Source of the DNA: Candidatus Moraniibacteriota bacterium
GTDB lineage: Bacteria; Patescibacteriota; Minisyncoccia; Moranbacterales; UBA1568
Reading direction: 5' to 3'
Assembly: GCA_018061645.1 (NCBI GenBank)
Contig: JAGOTT010000002.1
Coordinates: 23,842 to 87,841 of the forward strand
DNA length: 64,000 nucleotides
Shown piece by piece: positions 44,571 to 56,612 of this stretch. The notes under the pieces are model-generated. The model had not been told where the DNA came from. It did no database searches and saw only the letters and a program-made list of their open reading frames with translations. Numbering within the stretch: the first letter of the stretch is position 1; every line of letters begins with the position of its first letter. A program made the translations under genes and the position numbers.

Positions 44571-45326
44571 ATGGAAATATCCATCGCGGCGGAAAAACTT
44601 TTCGGTTTCGGAACATTCCCCATCACGAACTCACTTCTGCTCGCTGTCTCTTTGAGCGCGCTCCTGTCGGGGGCCGTTTTTGTTTTCCTGCGGAAGCTCG
44701 AGGAAATCCCGCGCGGGGTGCAGAACGCCGTCGAGGCGGTGTTCGAGGCGCTCCTCTCGCTCATCGAGAGCGTGACCCAGGACAAGGTGCAGGCGAGAAA
44801 GTTCTTTCCGCTCATCGCGACGATTTTTCTCTTCGTGCTCTTCTCGAACTGGGCGGGGCTGCTCCCCGGTGGCGGGACGGTCGGCGTTCACGGTGAGCAC
44901 GGGGGGCATGAGACGGTCATTCCGTTCCTTCGCAGTCCGTCGGCGGATCTCAATATGACGCTTGCGCTCTCGCTGATTTCCGTTTTTTCGATCCAGTTCG
45001 CGGGCATCGCCGCTTTGGGTCTTCGCGGATATGCGTCGAAATTCTTCGTCGCGCCGTGGACCAAGCCCTATGGTATCGGTACCGCGGTCGGACTCCTCGA
45101 GCTTATCGGGGAATTCGCGAAGATCCTTTCATTTTCATTCCGGCTCTTCGGAAACGTGTTCGCGGGGGAAGTGCTTTTGACCGTCATGCTCCATCTGGTC
45201 CCGTATACCATCCCGCTCCCGTTCCTGTTTCTCGAGGTGTTCGTCGGAGTCATCCAGGCGCTCGTGTTCGCGCTTCTGACGCTTGTCTTCCTTAAGATGG
45301 CGACCATCGGGCACGAGAGTCATTAG
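44571..45326 (+). CDS. atpB: ATP synthase Fo subunit a
   Basis: Five to six TM helices. Conserved Arg in ...FRLFGNVFAGE.... Confidence 0.85.
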   Translation: MEISIAAEKLFGFGTFPITNSLLLAVSLSALLSGAVFVFLRKLEEIPRGVQNAVEAVFEALLSLIESVTQDKVQARKFFPLIATIFLFVLFSNWAGLLPGGGTVGVHGEHGGHETVIPFLRSPSADLNMTLALSLISVFSIQFAGIAALGLRGYASKFFVAPWTKPYGIGTAVGLLELIGEFAKILSFSFRLFGNVFAGEVLLTVMLHLVPYTIPLPFLFLEVFVGVIQALVFALLTLVFLKMATIGHESH

Positions 45327-45398
45327 AGATGAAAATTACGACGTGCGACGTGCGTATTTGGAAACAAGTAGGCAGTTCGCAATCCGTAATATAATTAA

Positions 45399-45635
<237 letters not shown>

Positions 45636-45637
45636 TC

Positions 45638-45737
45638 AGTTAACAGATAACAGAAAACAAAAAACAGGGAGCGCTGCTGTCTGTCATCGCATCTCTCCTG
45701 GGATTATTGTTGGCTGTTTATCGTTTTTTGTTGACTG
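45638..45737. repeat. inverted CAGNTAA heptamer arrays flanking the atpE-atpF spacer
   Basis: cagttaa cagataa cagaaaa caaaaaa cag ... ctgtttatcgttttttgttgactg. Confidence 0.55.
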
Positions 45738-45740
45738 TCT

Positions 45741-46229
45741 ATGGAAGCACTTGTGAAACTGGGTATCGACTGGAAACTGCTGCTCGCGCAGGCAGTGAAC
45801 TTTGTCGTGCTGCTCCTCGTCCTGCGTCGGTTCGCCTATCGTCCGATGCTCGAATTCCTCGACAAGCGCGCGGGAAGGATAGAGCAGGGGCTTAAGGACG
45901 CCGAAGCGGCCGGAAAGCGGCTCGAGGAGGCGGCGCGGAAGGAGGAAGAGCTTCTTGCTGCGGCGCGTGAAGAAGCGAAGGGTCTGGTCGCGAAGGCGGA
46001 AATCGCCGCTGAGAAGCGAGCCGAGGCGATCATGACGCAGGTTGCGGCGAAATCGGAAGCGATTTTCGAGGAAGCGAAGAAGCATGCGGAGGCGGAACGG
46101 GAAAAGATTTTCCGTGAAGCCAAGGAAGAGCTTGCGACGCTTGTGCTTTCGGCGACGGAGAAGATCCTCGGCGAGAAATCATCCGGCAAGGACAAGGAAA
46201 TCGCGGAACGGTTTTTGAACGAAAAGTGA
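45741..46229 (+). CDS. atpF: ATP synthase Fo subunit b
   Basis: N-terminal TM then a long charged helix. Confidence 0.8.
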   Translation: MEALVKLGIDWKLLLAQAVNFVVLLLVLRRFAYRPMLEFLDKRAGRIEQGLKDAEAAGKRLEEAARKEEELLAAAREEAKGLVAKAEIAAEKRAEAIMTQVAAKSEAIFEEAKKHAEAEREKIFREAKEELATLVLSATEKILGEKSSGKDKEIAERFLNEK

Positions 46230-46230
46230 T

Positions 46231-46620
46231 ATGAAAGTATCGTCGTCACAATATGCGAAGACGTTGCTCGCGCTTTCCGATACGGGAGACGTGCGTCGGA
46301 TTGCCGCATCGTTCCTGGCGCTCGTCCGGAGAAACCGCGCGGCGAAGCGGCTTCCGGCGATCCTCCGGATGGCGGAGCGCCTTTCGGACGAGCGCGACGG
46401 GGTGATATCACTTTCGGTCGAGACGGCGACCGAGGCGGATGCATCGGTGCGGCAGGCTATCGAATCCGTCGTGGCGGGATTTTTTCCGGGGAAGCGGCCG
46501 GTGTTCAGATACGGAGTAGTTTTCGGTCTCGTGGGCGGCGCGCGGATTTCTTCCGATGACGAGATGATCGATGCGACGGTCCGTAGGAGATTGATTGAAC
46601 TTGAAAAGGCACTGCGCTGA
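46231..46620 (+). CDS. atpH: ATP synthase F1 subunit delta (OSCP)
   Basis: Position and size fit. MKVSSSQYAKTLLAL.... Confidence 0.75.
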   Translation: MKVSSSQYAKTLLALSDTGDVRRIAASFLALVRRNRAAKRLPAILRMAERLSDERDGVISLSVETATEADASVRQAIESVVAGFFPGKRPVFRYGVVFGLVGGARISSDDEMIDATVRRRLIELEKALR

Positions 46621-46623
46621 TAG

Positions 46624-46739
46624 TCATTTTCCAATTCCCAGTAAGTTTTCATTTGTACGAATTCCTGGTTATTTTTGGAAATTGTTTCATTGATGATTCA
46701 TTGGTAATTGGAAATTGGTAATTGGAAATTGTTTCAAGT
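46624..46739. repeat. AT-rich island with ggtaattggaaattg repeats (atpH-atpA spacer)
   Basis: cattggtaattggaaattggtaattggaaattg; same CCAATTTCC family as 21121-21240. Confidence 0.5.
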
Positions 46740-48242
46740 ATGGCAAACACACTCATCGAGGAGCTGAAGCGGCAGATCGAATCCTTCGATCACGAGACGA
46801 AGAAGGAGAAGATTGGCCGGGTGATGGAAACGGGCGACGGCGTCGCGCGCCTCTCCGGTCTCTCGGACGTCGCGTCGTCGGAGATCGTCGAATTCGGAAG
46901 TGGGGCGATCGGCGTCGCGCAGAACCTCGAGGAATCCGAAGTCGGTGTGATGATTCTTTCCGGCGCGGAGGGCGTGAAAGAGGGCGAGACGGCGAAGGGA
47001 ACAGGACGACTGCTTTCCATCCCGGTGTCGGAAGGTATCGTCGGCCGGGTCGTTGATCCGCTTGGGGTACCGCTCGACGGACGGGGCGAGATCGTGGGCG
47101 AGAAGAAGCTCATGCCGATAGAAAAAGTGGCCCCCGGAGTCATCGCGCGCGAGTCGGTCAAGAAACCGCTTCAGACCGGTATCAAGGCGATCGATGCGCT
47201 CATTCCCGTCGGTCGCGGGCAGCGTGAACTCATCATCGGTGATCGGCAGACCGGCAAGACCGCGGTCGCGATCGATACGATCGTGAACCAGAAGGGGCAG
47301 GATGTTATCTGTATCTACGTCGCCATCGGACAGAAGGAATCCAAGGTCGCGCGCATCATGGGTGAATTGTCGAAGCGTGGCGCGATGGACTACACGGTCG
47401 TCGTGGTCGCCGGCGCGTCGAAGCCGGCCGCACTCTCGTTTCTCGCGCCGTATGCGGGAGCGGCGATCGGTGAATATTTCATGGAACAGGGGAAGGATGT
47501 GCTCGTGATCTATGATGATCTTTCCAAGCATGCCTGGGCGTATCGGCAGATCGCGCTCATCCTGCGCCGTCCGCCGGGACGCGAGGCGTATCCGGGCGAT
47601 GTGTTCTACCTCCACTCGCGGCTTCTTGAGCGGAGCGCCAAACTCTCCGCGGAAGAAGGCGGTGGATCGCTCACCGCGCTTCCGATTATCGAGACGCAAG
47701 CGGGTGACGTGTCGGCATATATCCCGACGAACGTTATCTCGATCACCGACGGTCAGATTTATCTCGAAAGCGATCTCTTCTACAAGGGTATCCGCCCGGC
47801 ACTCAACGTCGGATTGTCGGTCTCGCGCGTGGGATCGGCGGCACAGATCAAGGCGATGAAGCAGGTCGCAGGAACCTTGCGGCTCGACCTGGCGCAGTTC
47901 CGCGAGATGGAAGCCTTCGCACAGTTCGGTTCCGACCTCGACGAAGGGACGCGGAAACTCATCGATCGCGGGCGTCGCGCGGTGGAGCTCCTGAAACAGC
48001 CGCAATACGCGCCGCTCAAAGTCGAAGAAGAAGTTGCGGTGCTCTATGCGCTCTCTCGCGGACATCTCGACACCGTTCCGGCGGAAAAGATCCGCGAGTG
48101 GGAGACGGGAGTACTCTCGTATCTCCGGACCGAAGGCGAGGACGCGCTTGCCGGTATCCGTGAGAAGAAGGAACTGACCGAGGAAGTGGAGAAGGTGTTG
48201 AAGGAAAGAATAGAAGAATTCAACAAACGATTTCAGATTTAA
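46740..48242 (+). CDS. atpA: ATP synthase F1 subunit alpha
   Basis: GDRQTGKT Walker A. Start refined to ATG 46740 ([10 protein letters not shown]). Confidence 0.9.
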   Translation: MANTLIEELKRQIESFDHETKKEKIGRVMETGDGVARLSGLSDVASSEIVEFGSGAIGVAQNLEESEVGVMILSGAEGVKEGETAKGTGRLLSIPVSEGIVGRVVDPLGVPLDGRGEIVGEKKLMPIEKVAPGVIARESVKKPLQTGIKAIDALIPVGRGQRELIIGDRQTGKTAVAIDTIVNQKGQDVICIYVAIGQKESKVARIMGELSKRGAMDYTVVVVAGASKPAALSFLAPYAGAAIGEYFMEQGKDVLVIYDDLSKHAWAYRQIALILRRPPGREAYPGDVFYLHSRLLERSAKLSAEEGGGSLTALPIIETQAGDVSAYIPTNVISITDGQIYLESDLFYKGIRPALNVGLSVSRVGSAAQIKAMKQVAGTLRLDLAQFREMEAFAQFGSDLDEGTRKLIDRGRRAVELLKQPQYAPLKVEEEVAVLYALSRGHLDTVPAEKIREWETGVLSYLRTEGEDALAGIREKKELTEEVEKVLKERIEEFNKRFQI

Positions 48243-48269
48243 GATTTCAGAGTGAAGATTGTCGGATCA

Positions 48270-48300
48270 AATCTGCAATCGAAAATCTGCAATCTGCAAT
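48270..48300. repeat. AATCTGC heptamer array
   Basis: aatctgc aatcgaa aatctgc aatctgc aattc. The reverse complement of the same heptamer occurs in-frame in leuS at 52236-52270. Confidence 0.6.
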
Positions 48301-48304
48301 TCTT

Positions 48305-49204
48305 ATGGCTTCGACCAGGGACGTACAACGGCGGATAAAGGGCGTGAAGTCGACCGGGAAAATCACCCGGGCGATGGAGATGATTTCGGCCGTGAAGATG
48401 CGCAAGGCGGTCACGGCCGTGATGAACGTTCGTCCGTATGCGAAAGCCGTGCTCGTGGTATTGCGGCAGATGACGACCGTCGAACGGATGGGTGCGCATC
48501 CGTTTTTCATCGATCGCCCCGTGAAGCGCGAGTGCTATGTCGTCGTCTCGTCGAACCGCGGACTCTGCGGCGGGTTCAACTCGCAGATCATGAAGCGTCT
48601 CCGTGCCATCCGCGAGGCGGATGCGGACCGGGAGGCGGAGTTTGTCACCATCGGCAAGAAAGCCGACGGGATCGTCCGGAGATTGGGGGGCGAGATTATT
48701 GCGTCCTTTCCGGACGTGCTCGCGACGCCGACCGCCGAGAATCTCCGCCCGATCGCGAAGATGCTCGTCGCGAAATTCCTCGGGGGCGAGATCGACCGCG
48801 CGGTCATGGTCTATACGGACTTCGTGTCGGTGCTCTCGCAGGTCGTGAAGGTGCGTGCGCTCCTGCCGGTCGTAGAAAAGGACGTTCTGAAAGCGCTTCA
48901 CGAGATGGATCCGAAAGCGGATGTTTCGGTGGATGAGATCGAAGCGGAATATGTGGTCGAGCCGGCGACGGAGGAGATGCTCGAGCGGCTCATCTTGCAA
49001 CTCCTCACGATGGAACTCTACCACGGTGTGTTCGAGTCGAATGCCAGCCAGGAGGCTGCGCGTATGATCGCGATGCGCAACGCGACTGACGCCGCCAAGG
49101 AGATGGTGGAAAACCTGACGCTTTCCTACAACCAGCTCCGTCAGGCGAAGATCACCGCCGAAATCGCCGAACTCTCGGCAGGGAAAGCGGCCCTTGAAAC
49201 GTAG
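48305..49204 (+). CDS. atpG: ATP synthase F1 subunit gamma
   Basis: MASTRDVQRRIKGVKSTGKITRAMEMIS... Confidence 0.85.
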   Translation: MASTRDVQRRIKGVKSTGKITRAMEMISAVKMRKAVTAVMNVRPYAKAVLVVLRQMTTVERMGAHPFFIDRPVKRECYVVVSSNRGLCGGFNSQIMKRLRAIREADADREAEFVTIGKKADGIVRRLGGEIIASFPDVLATPTAENLRPIAKMLVAKFLGGEIDRAVMVYTDFVSVLSQVVKVRALLPVVEKDVLKALHEMDPKADVSVDEIEAEYVVEPATEEMLERLILQLLTMELYHGVFESNASQEAARMIAMRNATDAAKEMVENLTLSYNQLRQAKITAEIAELSAGKAALET

Positions 49205-49283
49205 TTTCAAGAAATTTCAAATGACAAATTCCAAAAACCAAACAAATCACAGATTCCAAATTCAAAAACACAAAATGTAGAAG

Positions 49284-49352
49284 TGTCATCCTGAGTGAAA
49301 CGAAGAATCCCGGTGTGAGAACGGGATTCCTCGACAGACTCGGAATGGCAAG
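49284..49352. repeat. E-element copy 2
   Basis: TGTCATCCTGAGtgaaaCGAAGAATCCCGgtgtgagaaCGGGATTCCTCGAcagaCTCGGAATGGCAA. The inner stem is perfect and shows compensatory changes relative to copy 1. Confidence 0.6.
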
Positions 49353-49386
49353 AAATGAAGTGAAGAGTTCTGACCTATCATTTTGA

Positions 49387-50891
<1,505 letters not shown>

Positions 50892-51338
50892 ATGCAAAGC
50901 ATAAAACTCAAAATCGTTACGCCTGAAAAACTTATCCTCGAGGAAGAGGTGTATTCGGTGACGCTTCCGGGAGCTGCGGGCGAAGTGACCATTCTGCCGG
51001 AACATGTCCCGTATGTCGGGATGATCAAGGCGGGGGAGCTTTATTTTCGTCGTACGCCCGATGCGGAGCCGGAGCCGTTCGCGACCGCCGGCGGATTTGT
51101 CGAGTTCCATGAGAACACGCTTTCAGTACTTGCGGACACGGCGGAGCGACCGAAGGAGATCGATATAAAAGCCGCGGAAGAAGCGCACAAGCGCGCGGAA
51201 GAAGTGATGAAGTCGCGCGTGTCGATGGACGATGAGGAGTATGCCCGCGTCGCCGCCGCTCTCGAACGCGAATTCGCGAGGCTCAAGGTCGCACGGAAAC
51301 ACGCGAGCAAGCCGCGGGTTTCACTCGGCGAAGAATAG
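50892..51338 (+). CDS. atpC: ATP synthase F1 subunit epsilon
   Basis: MQSIKLKIVTPEKLILEEEVYSVTLPGAAGEVTILPEH... Confidence 0.8.
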   Translation: MQSIKLKIVTPEKLILEEEVYSVTLPGAAGEVTILPEHVPYVGMIKAGELYFRRTPDAEPEPFATAGGFVEFHENTLSVLADTAERPKEIDIKAAEEAHKRAEEVMKSRVSMDDEEYARVAAALEREFARLKVARKHASKPRVSLGEE

Positions 51339-51352
51339 GATACGCATTTTCG

Positions 51353-51385
51353 GAAGCCGCCTATATCAGGCGGCTTTTCTTGTTT
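51353..51385 (+). terminator. rho-independent terminator of atp operon (GCCGCC-tatatca-GGCGGC + T-run)
   Basis: gaagccgcctatatcaggcggcttttcttgtttctt. Confidence 0.55.
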
Positions 51386-51438
51386 CTTCGGGGATTTTCC
51401 GCTAGAGTGGGATAGTGAAATCGTATTCTCTTGATACT

Positions 51439-53859
51439 ATGGATAAGCGATATTCCCCGAAAACCATAGAGCCGAAATGGCAGAAAGAATGGGAAGAAAA
51501 AGGGATTTTCCGTCAGTATGACCGGAAGAAGAGATTCTACGTACTCGACATGTTCCCGTATCCGTCCGGAACCGGTCTTCATGTCGGTCATCCGAAAGGG
51601 TATATCGCGACCGATGTGGTGGCGCGGATGAAACAGCTACAGGGCTTCGGCGTGCTCCACCCGATGGGTTGGGATGCGTTCGGACTTCCGGCGGAACAGT
51701 TTGCCATTAAGAACAAGATGCATCCGAGTATCGCTGTGAAAGAGAATATCGGAACCTACAAGAAACAGATGGAAGCCATCGGGTTTTCCTATGATTGGGA
51801 GCGGGAAATCGATACGACGGACCCGGAGTATTACAGATGGACGCAGTGGATATTCCTCAAGATGTTCGAAAAGGGACTCGCGTACGAGTCATATGAGCCG
51901 ATCAACTGGTGTCCGTCGTGTCAGACGGGACTGGCGAACGAGGATCTCGAGGACGGTGCGTGCGAACGCTGCGGGACGCAGGTCGAGAAGAAGCCGATGC
52001 GGCAGTGGGTACTCAGGATGACCGCGTACGCGGATCGGTTGCTTGCCGATCTCGATCGGACGGAGCTTGATTGGGAAGAGCAGATCAAGGAACAACAGCG
52101 GAACTGGATCGGACGGAGCGAAGGAGCGGAAGTCGAATTCCAAATCACGAATTCCAAATCAAAGATAAGAGTCTTTACCACGAGAGTTGACACTATTTTC
52201 GGGTGCACGTATGTGGTCGTGGCGCCGGAACATAGAATAATTGCAGATTGCGAATTGCAGATTGTAAATTTCGGAGAGGTCGAAGAGTATCTCGAGAAGA
52301 CAAAGAAAAAGTCCGATCTCGAGCGGACAGAACTGAACAAGGAAAAAACCGGCGTGAAACTCGAAGGCATCGAAGCGGTGAATCCGTTCACAGGGGAATC
52401 CGTACCGGTGTACGTTGCCGATTACGTACTCGGCTCATATGGCACGGGCGCCGTCATGGCAGTCCCGGCGCATGATGAGCGTGATTTCGAGTTCGCGAAG
52501 AAGTACGGACTTGATATAAGCACGGTGGTTTCCGGCGGAGATCAATCCGATGAAGTCGCATTTACCGAGGATGGGATGCTTGTAAACTCTGGTGATTTTT
52601 CTGGACTTTCATCCGCGGAGGCGAGGGAAAAGATGATGGCATGGATCGAGGAGAAAGGACTCGGCAGGAAGTCGGTGAAATACAAGATGCGGGACTGGAC
52701 GTTTTCGCGCCAACGATACTGGGGCGAACCGATCCCGATCGTTCATTGCGAGGAATGTGGCGCGGTGCCGGTCAAGGAGTCGGATCTTCCGGTGCGGTTG
52801 CCGGATGTGGAGTCGTATGAGCCGACGGGAACGGGAGAATCGCCGCTTGCGGATATAGATGAGTGGGTGAATGTGCCGTGCCCGAAGTGTGGGGGCGCAG
52901 GGAAGCGGGAGACGAATACGATGCCGCAGTGGGCGGGGTCGTGCTGGTATTACCTTCGGTTCATCGATCCGAAGAATGGCGGAGCGTTCGTCGGGGAAGA
53001 ATTGGAAAGGGAATGGATGCCGGTCGATCTTTATGTGGGTGGCGCGGAGCATGCGACGCGACATCTCCTCTATGCCAGATTCTGGCATAAGTTTCTCTTC
53101 GATATCGGTGTCGTTTCGACCGATGAGCCGTTCAAGAGGCTTGTTCACGTCGGACTCATCAATGCATCCGATGGGCGGAAGATGTCGAAGCGATGGGGGA
53201 ATGTGGTGAATCCGGACGATATCATCAGGGATTTCGGCGCGGACGCGCTCAGGCTCTATGAAATGTTCATGGGACCGTTCACGCAGAACATCGCCTGGAA
53301 TACCGAAGGACTCGTCGGGACGCGGCGATTCCTGGATAAGATATGGAAGCTTTCCGAGAAAGTGACAAGGAACAAGGAGAGAGGAACGAGTGGGAACGAA
53401 AAACTTGAAGCGGCTGTTCATCGGACGATCAGAAAGGTGACGGAAGATGTCGACGATTTCAAGTTCAATACCGCGATCAGCGCTCTTATGATTCTTGCGA
53501 ATGCGATGGAGAAGGAGAATCATGTATCGGACATCGTGTATCGGGAATTTCTTATCCTCCTCTCTCCCTTCGCGCCGCACATCGCGGAAGAACTCTGGGA
53601 AAGATCGGGAAACGAACAGTCGATCTTCCTTGAGAAATGGCCGCAGTACGACCCGGAGAAGGCGGTCGAAATGCAGGTGACAATCGCGGTTTCAGTGAAC
53701 GGGAAAGTGCGTGATATCATCACAGTCGCGAGGGATGCTTCGGAGGAAACGCTTCGATCGAAGGCGCTTTCGAATGAAAAGGTGCGGAAATATTTGGAGG
53801 AGAAGGAACCGAAAAAAGTTATCGTCGTTCCCGGTCGCATCGTCAATATCGTCATCTGA
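51439..53859 (+). CDS. leuS: leucine--tRNA ligase
   Basis: PYPSGTGLHVGH (HIGH) and KMSKRWGN motifs. Start refined to MDKRYSPKTIEPKWQ. In-frame heptamer arrays at 52141-52168 and 52236-52270. Confidence 0.9.
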   Translation: MDKRYSPKTIEPKWQKEWEEKGIFRQYDRKKRFYVLDMFPYPSGTGLHVGHPKGYIATDVVARMKQLQGFGVLHPMGWDAFGLPAEQFAIKNKMHPSIAVKENIGTYKKQMEAIGFSYDWEREIDTTDPEYYRWTQWIFLKMFEKGLAYESYEPINWCPSCQTGLANEDLEDGACERCGTQVEKKPMRQWVLRMTAYADRLLADLDRTELDWEEQIKEQQRNWIGRSEGAEVEFQITNSKSKIRVFTTRVDTIFGCTYVVVAPEHRIIADCELQIVNFGEVEEYLEKTKKKSDLERTELNKEKTGVKLEGIEAVNPFTGESVPVYVADYVLGSYGTGAVMAVPAHDERDFEFAKKYGLDISTVVSGGDQSDEVAFTEDGMLVNSGDFSGLSSAEAREKMMAWIEEKGLGRKSVKYKMRDWTFSRQRYWGEPIPIVHCEECGAVPVKESDLPVRLPDVESYEPTGTGESPLADIDEWVNVPCPKCGGAGKRETNTMPQWAGSCWYYLRFIDPKNGGAFVGEELEREWMPVDLYVGGAEHATRHLLYARFWHKFLFDIGVVSTDEPFKRLVHVGLINASDGRKMSKRWGNVVNPDDIIRDFGADALRLYEMFMGPFTQNIAWNTEGLVGTRRFLDKIWKLSEKVTRNKERGTSGNEKLEAAVHRTIRKVTEDVDDFKFNTAISALMILANAMEKENHVSDIVYREFLILLSPFAPHIAEELWERSGNEQSIFLEKWPQYDPEKAVEMQVTIAVSVNGKVRDIITVARDASEETLRSKALSNEKVRKYLEEKEPKKVIVVPGRIVNIVI

Positions 53860-53864
53860 ATCAC

Positions 53865-54530
53865 ATGAAAACGAGCATACCGGATTTTTTGCCGCTTGAT
53901 CGGCCGGTCATCATCTTCGACCTTGAGACGACCGGACTCACGCCGGGCGAGGATCGCATCGTGGAAATAGCCTATGAGAAGATCCTTCCATCCGGAGAGA
54001 TCCAGTCATCCGTGGCCCGGATCAACCCGGGAAAATCCATTCCCGAGGATGCCAAACGCGTGCACGGCATAAGCGACGAGGATGTGAAGGATTCGCCGTC
54101 GTTCGCCAAACTCGCGTACGAACTGTGGAGCGTCTTCGACGGGGCGGATGTCGGTGGGTTCAACGTGCTCGGGTTCGATTTGCCGTTTCTGCGAGGGGAA
54201 TTCTCGACCGTCGGGAAAAATTTCGAATTTTCCCAGAAGCGCGTGCTCGACGCGAAGATCCTCTATCACAAGATCGTCCCGCGTGACAATTTCGCACCTC
54301 GTAACCTTTCCGCCGCATACAGGCTCTATTGCGGAAAGACTCACGACAGCGCGCATACCGGCGCGGGGGATGTCCGCGTGACGGTCGAGATTCTCGAGCA
54401 GATCCTGAAGCGGTATCCGGAGCTCCGGAACTGGGATACGATCATGGGGCTGAACGGACAAAAGAAGCTGCTCGAATCCGCGAAAAACGAGCATGCGCCG
54501 CTTTTGGAATCGACCGGAACACTATTCTAA
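53865..54530 (+). CDS. DEDDh 3'-5' exonuclease (DNA polymerase III epsilon-like)
   Basis: VIIFDLETTGL Exo I motif and later H-x4-D. Confidence 0.7.
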   Translation: MKTSIPDFLPLDRPVIIFDLETTGLTPGEDRIVEIAYEKILPSGEIQSSVARINPGKSIPEDAKRVHGISDEDVKDSPSFAKLAYELWSVFDGADVGGFNVLGFDLPFLRGEFSTVGKNFEFSQKRVLDAKILYHKIVPRDNFAPRNLSAAYRLYCGKTHDSAHTGAGDVRVTVEILEQILKRYPELRNWDTIMGLNGQKKLLESAKNEHAPLLESTGTLF

Positions 54531-54660
54531 AATTTCAAGTTTTCAATTTCTCATTTCTAAACAATTTTCAATGATTCAATTTTAAAATTTGAGAATTAAG
54601 GAATTTGATCATTGTTTGAAAATTAAGAATCAGAAATTGGAAATTCCGAGTGGTGAGGCT
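54531..54660. repeat. AT-rich palindromic island with 7-nt periodicity (AATTTCA ... TGAAAAT), core CAAACAATGATCA
   Basis: The left half is approximately the reverse complement of the right half. It shares the CAATGATCAA core with 21150-21165. Confidence 0.55.
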
Positions 54661-54695
54661 GATATCCAATATGTTTTCGCAACGAAATAAGAAAT

Positions 54696-55463
54696 ATGAA
54701 TTATAGTGACGCAATTCTTCTCGGCATAGTGGAAGGTCTTTCGGAATTCCTTCCGATTTCCTCGACCGGGCATCTCATCCTTACGGCGAAATTTCTAGGA
54801 CTCGAGCAGACTGGGTTTCTGCCGAGTTTCGAGGTGGTGATCCAGCTCGGTGCGATCCTGGCTATCGTTGCCCTGTACTGGCGGAAACTCTTTCTGAATC
54901 GGGCAGTCATGGAGCGGATAGCGATCGCGCTTCTGCCTGCGATACTGATCGGAGGCTCGCTGTATCCGTGGATCAAGTCGCTCTTCGCCATGGAAGCCGT
55001 CGTGGTTGCGGCGCTTTTTTTCGGAGGCATGCTCATCATTCTCTTCGAGTGGTTCCATAAGGAGAAACCGGATGCCGTCGATGACCTCTCCACGCTTCCA
55101 CGCCGGACGGCGTTTTTCGTCGGCATGTTCCAGGCGTTGTCGGTCGTTCCCGGCGTGTCCCGGGCGGGAGCGACCATTCTCGCCGGGCTCGCGCTCGGCA
55201 TGAAACGTCGCGCGACCGTCGAATTCTCGTTTCTCCTCGCCGTGCCGACGATGATCGCTGCGACCGCCATCGATATCTGGAAGAACGGCGCGGGCTTCGC
55301 CTCTTCGGAATGGGGATTGCTTTCGGTCGGGTTCATCGTCGCGTTTTTCGTCGCGATCCTTGCGGTGAAGTTCTTTCTCCGATTCGCCGAGTCGCACACG
55401 TTCATCGCGTTCGGTGTGTACCGGATGTTTATCGCCGCGCTCTTTTTCCTGTTCATTCTCTGA
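54696..55463 (+). CDS. uppP: undecaprenyl-diphosphatase
   Basis: VEGLSEFLPISSTGHL motif. Eight TM. Confidence 0.85.
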   Translation: MNYSDAILLGIVEGLSEFLPISSTGHLILTAKFLGLEQTGFLPSFEVVIQLGAILAIVALYWRKLFLNRAVMERIAIALLPAILIGGSLYPWIKSLFAMEAVVVAALFFGGMLIILFEWFHKEKPDAVDDLSTLPRRTAFFVGMFQALSVVPGVSRAGATILAGLALGMKRRATVEFSFLLAVPTMIAATAIDIWKNGAGFASSEWGLLSVGFIVAFFVAILAVKFFLRFAESHTFIAFGVYRMFIAALFFLFIL

Positions 55464-55478
55464 TTTCTCTTGAAAGTT

Positions 55479-55512
55479 TTGTCATTCTGATCGAAGTGAA
55501 GAATCTAGGATC
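55479..55512. repeat. E-element partial copy (5' module) abutting folD start
   Basis: TGTCATTCTGATCGAAGTGAAGAATCTAGGATCG. Confidence 0.4.
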
Positions 55513-55518
55513 GAAATC

Positions 55519-56373
55519 ATGCCTCTTCTATTTGGAAAACCGGTCTCGGAAAAAATTCTTTCCGAGACAAGAGAGAAAATAAAAGGCTCGGGAGTCGTTC
55601 CGGGACTCGGTGTCGTGTTGGTAGGGGACGACCCTGCGTCGCGGATTTACGTCGGCATAAAGGAGTCGCGTGCGAGCGAACTCGGTTTCCGTTTCGTGAA
55701 GACGGAACTTCCTGTCTTCGCGACGGAAGCGGATATCCTTGATGCTGTTCGGAAGCTGAACAAAGACGAGAGCGTTCATGGGATTATCGTACAATTGCCG
55801 CTTCCTCCCGGAATAGATGCCGACCGGATTATCACTGCGATCGACCCCATGAAGGATGCCGACGGATTCCTTCTCGATGAAAAAAATGTAACACGAACTC
55901 ACGGTCGTGAGATGATGTTACATTCTGTGCCGGTGTTTCCGGAGGCGATGATAGAGCTTGCGAAATCTTCGGGCGTGCCTTTTTCGGAGAAGTCCGGTGT
56001 CGTACTTGTGAATTCCGAACGATTCGGGAAAACGATGGTGGATGCGCTTCGGCAGGAAGGCGTACAGTCGGAGTATGTATTTTCCGATGATATCGGTTCG
56101 AGCCGATCGACGATCAGTCGGGCTGATTTCGTGTTCACCGCGCTCGGGAAGCCGGAAGCTCTTTCGAAAAACATGTTCAAAAAAGGTGTGGTCGTGATCG
56201 ACGGCGGCATCGCTCCGTCAGACAGGAAAATCGTCGGGGACGTGTCCATCGACGGAAGCGATGAAAATATGTTTCTCTCACCGGTTCCCGGTGGCGTCGG
56301 TCCGGTCACGGTCGCATGCCTCCTTCGGCGGGTCGTGACGCTCGCGCTTGAAAACGGAAAAACGGCCGCATAG
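55519..56373 (+). CDS. folD: bifunctional methylenetetrahydrofolate dehydrogenase/cyclohydrolase
   Basis: GLGVVLVGDDPASRIYVGIKESRASELGF...VHGIIVQLPLP. Confidence 0.85.
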   Translation: MPLLFGKPVSEKILSETREKIKGSGVVPGLGVVLVGDDPASRIYVGIKESRASELGFRFVKTELPVFATEADILDAVRKLNKDESVHGIIVQLPLPPGIDADRIITAIDPMKDADGFLLDEKNVTRTHGREMMLHSVPVFPEAMIELAKSSGVPFSEKSGVVLVNSERFGKTMVDALRQEGVQSEYVFSDDIGSSRSTISRADFVFTALGKPEALSKNMFKKGVVVIDGGIAPSDRKIVGDVSIDGSDENMFLSPVPGGVGPVTVACLLRRVVTLALENGKTAA

Positions 56374-56385
56374 CCGTTTTTTTTT
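56361..56385. terminator. AACGGC-cgcata-GCCGTT + T9; bidirectional (folD on plus, tRNA-Leu on minus)
   Basis: aaaaacggccgcatagccgttttttttt. Confidence 0.55.
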
Positions 56386-56386
56386 G

Positions 56387-56469
56387 TGCCGGGAGAGAGA
56401 CTCGAACTCTCATGCTGTTGCCAGCGCGGGATTTTGAGTCCCGTGCGTCTACCATTCCGCCATCCCGGC
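56387..56469 (-). tRNA. tRNA-Leu (anticodon CAA), class II long variable arm, CCA not encoded
   Basis: Reverse complement GCCGGGATGGCGGAATGGTAGACGCACGGGACTCAAAATCCCGCGCTGGCAACAGCATGAGAGTTCGAGTCTCTCTCCCGGCA. 7-bp acceptor, D-arm GGCGGAATGGTAGACGC as in tRNA-Leu, anticodon loop CTCAAAA, T-loop TTCGAGT. Confidence 0.85.
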
Positions 56470-56582
56470 AGGATTCCATCATTTTATGGCTGTATTATTG
56501 CATTGTTAGTAAAAAATATCTACCTAATCGTTTCTTTCGGTAATGTGGCAATGAAGCAATGCAATCATGAAAGTCTAGGCAA

Positions 56583-56611
56583 TTGAAAAGAGTGTGTCAA
56601 TGACGTATACT
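56583..56611 (+). promoter_or_regulatory. promoter TTGAAA-17-TATACT for parAB
   Basis: TTGAAAagagtgtgtcaatgacgTATACT. Confidence 0.45.
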
Positions 56612-56612
56612 G

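Noticed and set aside
46734-49210. Long minus-strand ORFs 46734..48065 and 48239..49210
   Set aside because: Antisense to atpA and atpG, which have unambiguous motifs.
54531-54660. Possible CRISPR array in AT-rich repeat islands
   Set aside because: Repeat units are 7 nt tandem or palindromic, with no ~30-nt spacers and no cas genes.
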